A DNA stretch of 64,000 nt from assembly GCF_002113885.1 (NCBI RefSeq), contig NW_018408365.1, forward strand, positions 13,782 through 77,781. Reading direction: 5' to 3'. The notes under the pieces were generated by a model that saw only the letters and a list, made by a program, of their open reading frames with translations, made no database searches and had not been told where the DNA came from. Within the stretch, counting starts at the first letter, position 1, and the number at the start of each line of letters is the position of its first letter. A program made the translations under genes and the position numbers. Positions 63,586 through 64,000 of the stretch are shown here, one piece after another. Origin of the DNA: Mizuhopecten yessoensis. Lineage: Eukaryota.

Positions 63586-64000
63586 CTGATGTGTCTGACT
63601 GTTCTACAATTGTAGAAGGCAATGTGTCTGAGGATTGTACAATTGTAGAAGGCAATGTGTCTAAGGATTTTGCAATTGTAGAAGGCAATATGTCTGATAG
63701 GTGTACAATTGTAGAAGGCAATGTGTCTGATAGGTGTATAGTTATATAGGGAGATGTATGTGTCTGAGGGGTGTACAATTGTAGAAGGCAATGTGTCCGA
63801 GGGGTGTACAGTTATATAGGGAGATGTATGCGTCTAAGGGGTATACAGTTATATAGGGAAATGTATGTGTCTGAGGGTTGTACAATTGTAGAGCGCAATG
63901 TGTCTGAGAAGTGTACATTTATTTAGGGAGATGTATGTGTCTAAGGGGTGTACAGTTATATAGGGAGATGTATGCGTCTGAGGGGTGTACAATTGTAGAA
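63586..64000. repeat. 33/37-bp minisatellite running off the right edge
   Basis: tgtgtctgaggggtgtacaattgtagaaggcaa and tgtgtctgaggggtgtacagttatatagggagatgta units. Confidence 0.95.

Overview
Repeat-rich eukaryotic (animal) genomic DNA from a draft scaffold, with N-gaps at 21353-21759 and 28505-29132 and single Ns at 24479 and ~42327. The element families present (Helentron/HINE pearl-like elements, L1/Tx1 LINE, frequent TACATGTA) suggest a bivalve mollusc; this is inference. The only secure protein-coding sequence is an uninterrupted L1/Tx1-clade LINE ORF2 (APE endonuclease plus reverse transcriptase, 25227 to the gap at 28504). About a third of the window is more than 20 mostly unrelated minisatellite arrays with 20-59 bp units; the largest is a 7.4-kb 27-bp array, and these arrays explain most entries in the ORF track. 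Other elements: a complete and a truncated HINE, a hAT-like non-autonomous transposon with an apparent 5-bp TSD carrying a nested LINE 3' fragment, a tRNA-derived element with TG..CA ends, a small MITE-like inverted repeat, and a decayed minimal hammerhead ribozyme. Several CpG-rich segments end in good + strand splice donors and may be alternative first exons of a large gene, but none can be assigned. No CRISPR array, rRNA or intact tRNA was seen. I did not find a clearly new biological system. The best leads are the TA-to-TACATGTA footprints caught inside repeat units, the hammerhead relic, the ORF1-less LINE with upstream monomers, and a speculative CxxU exon.
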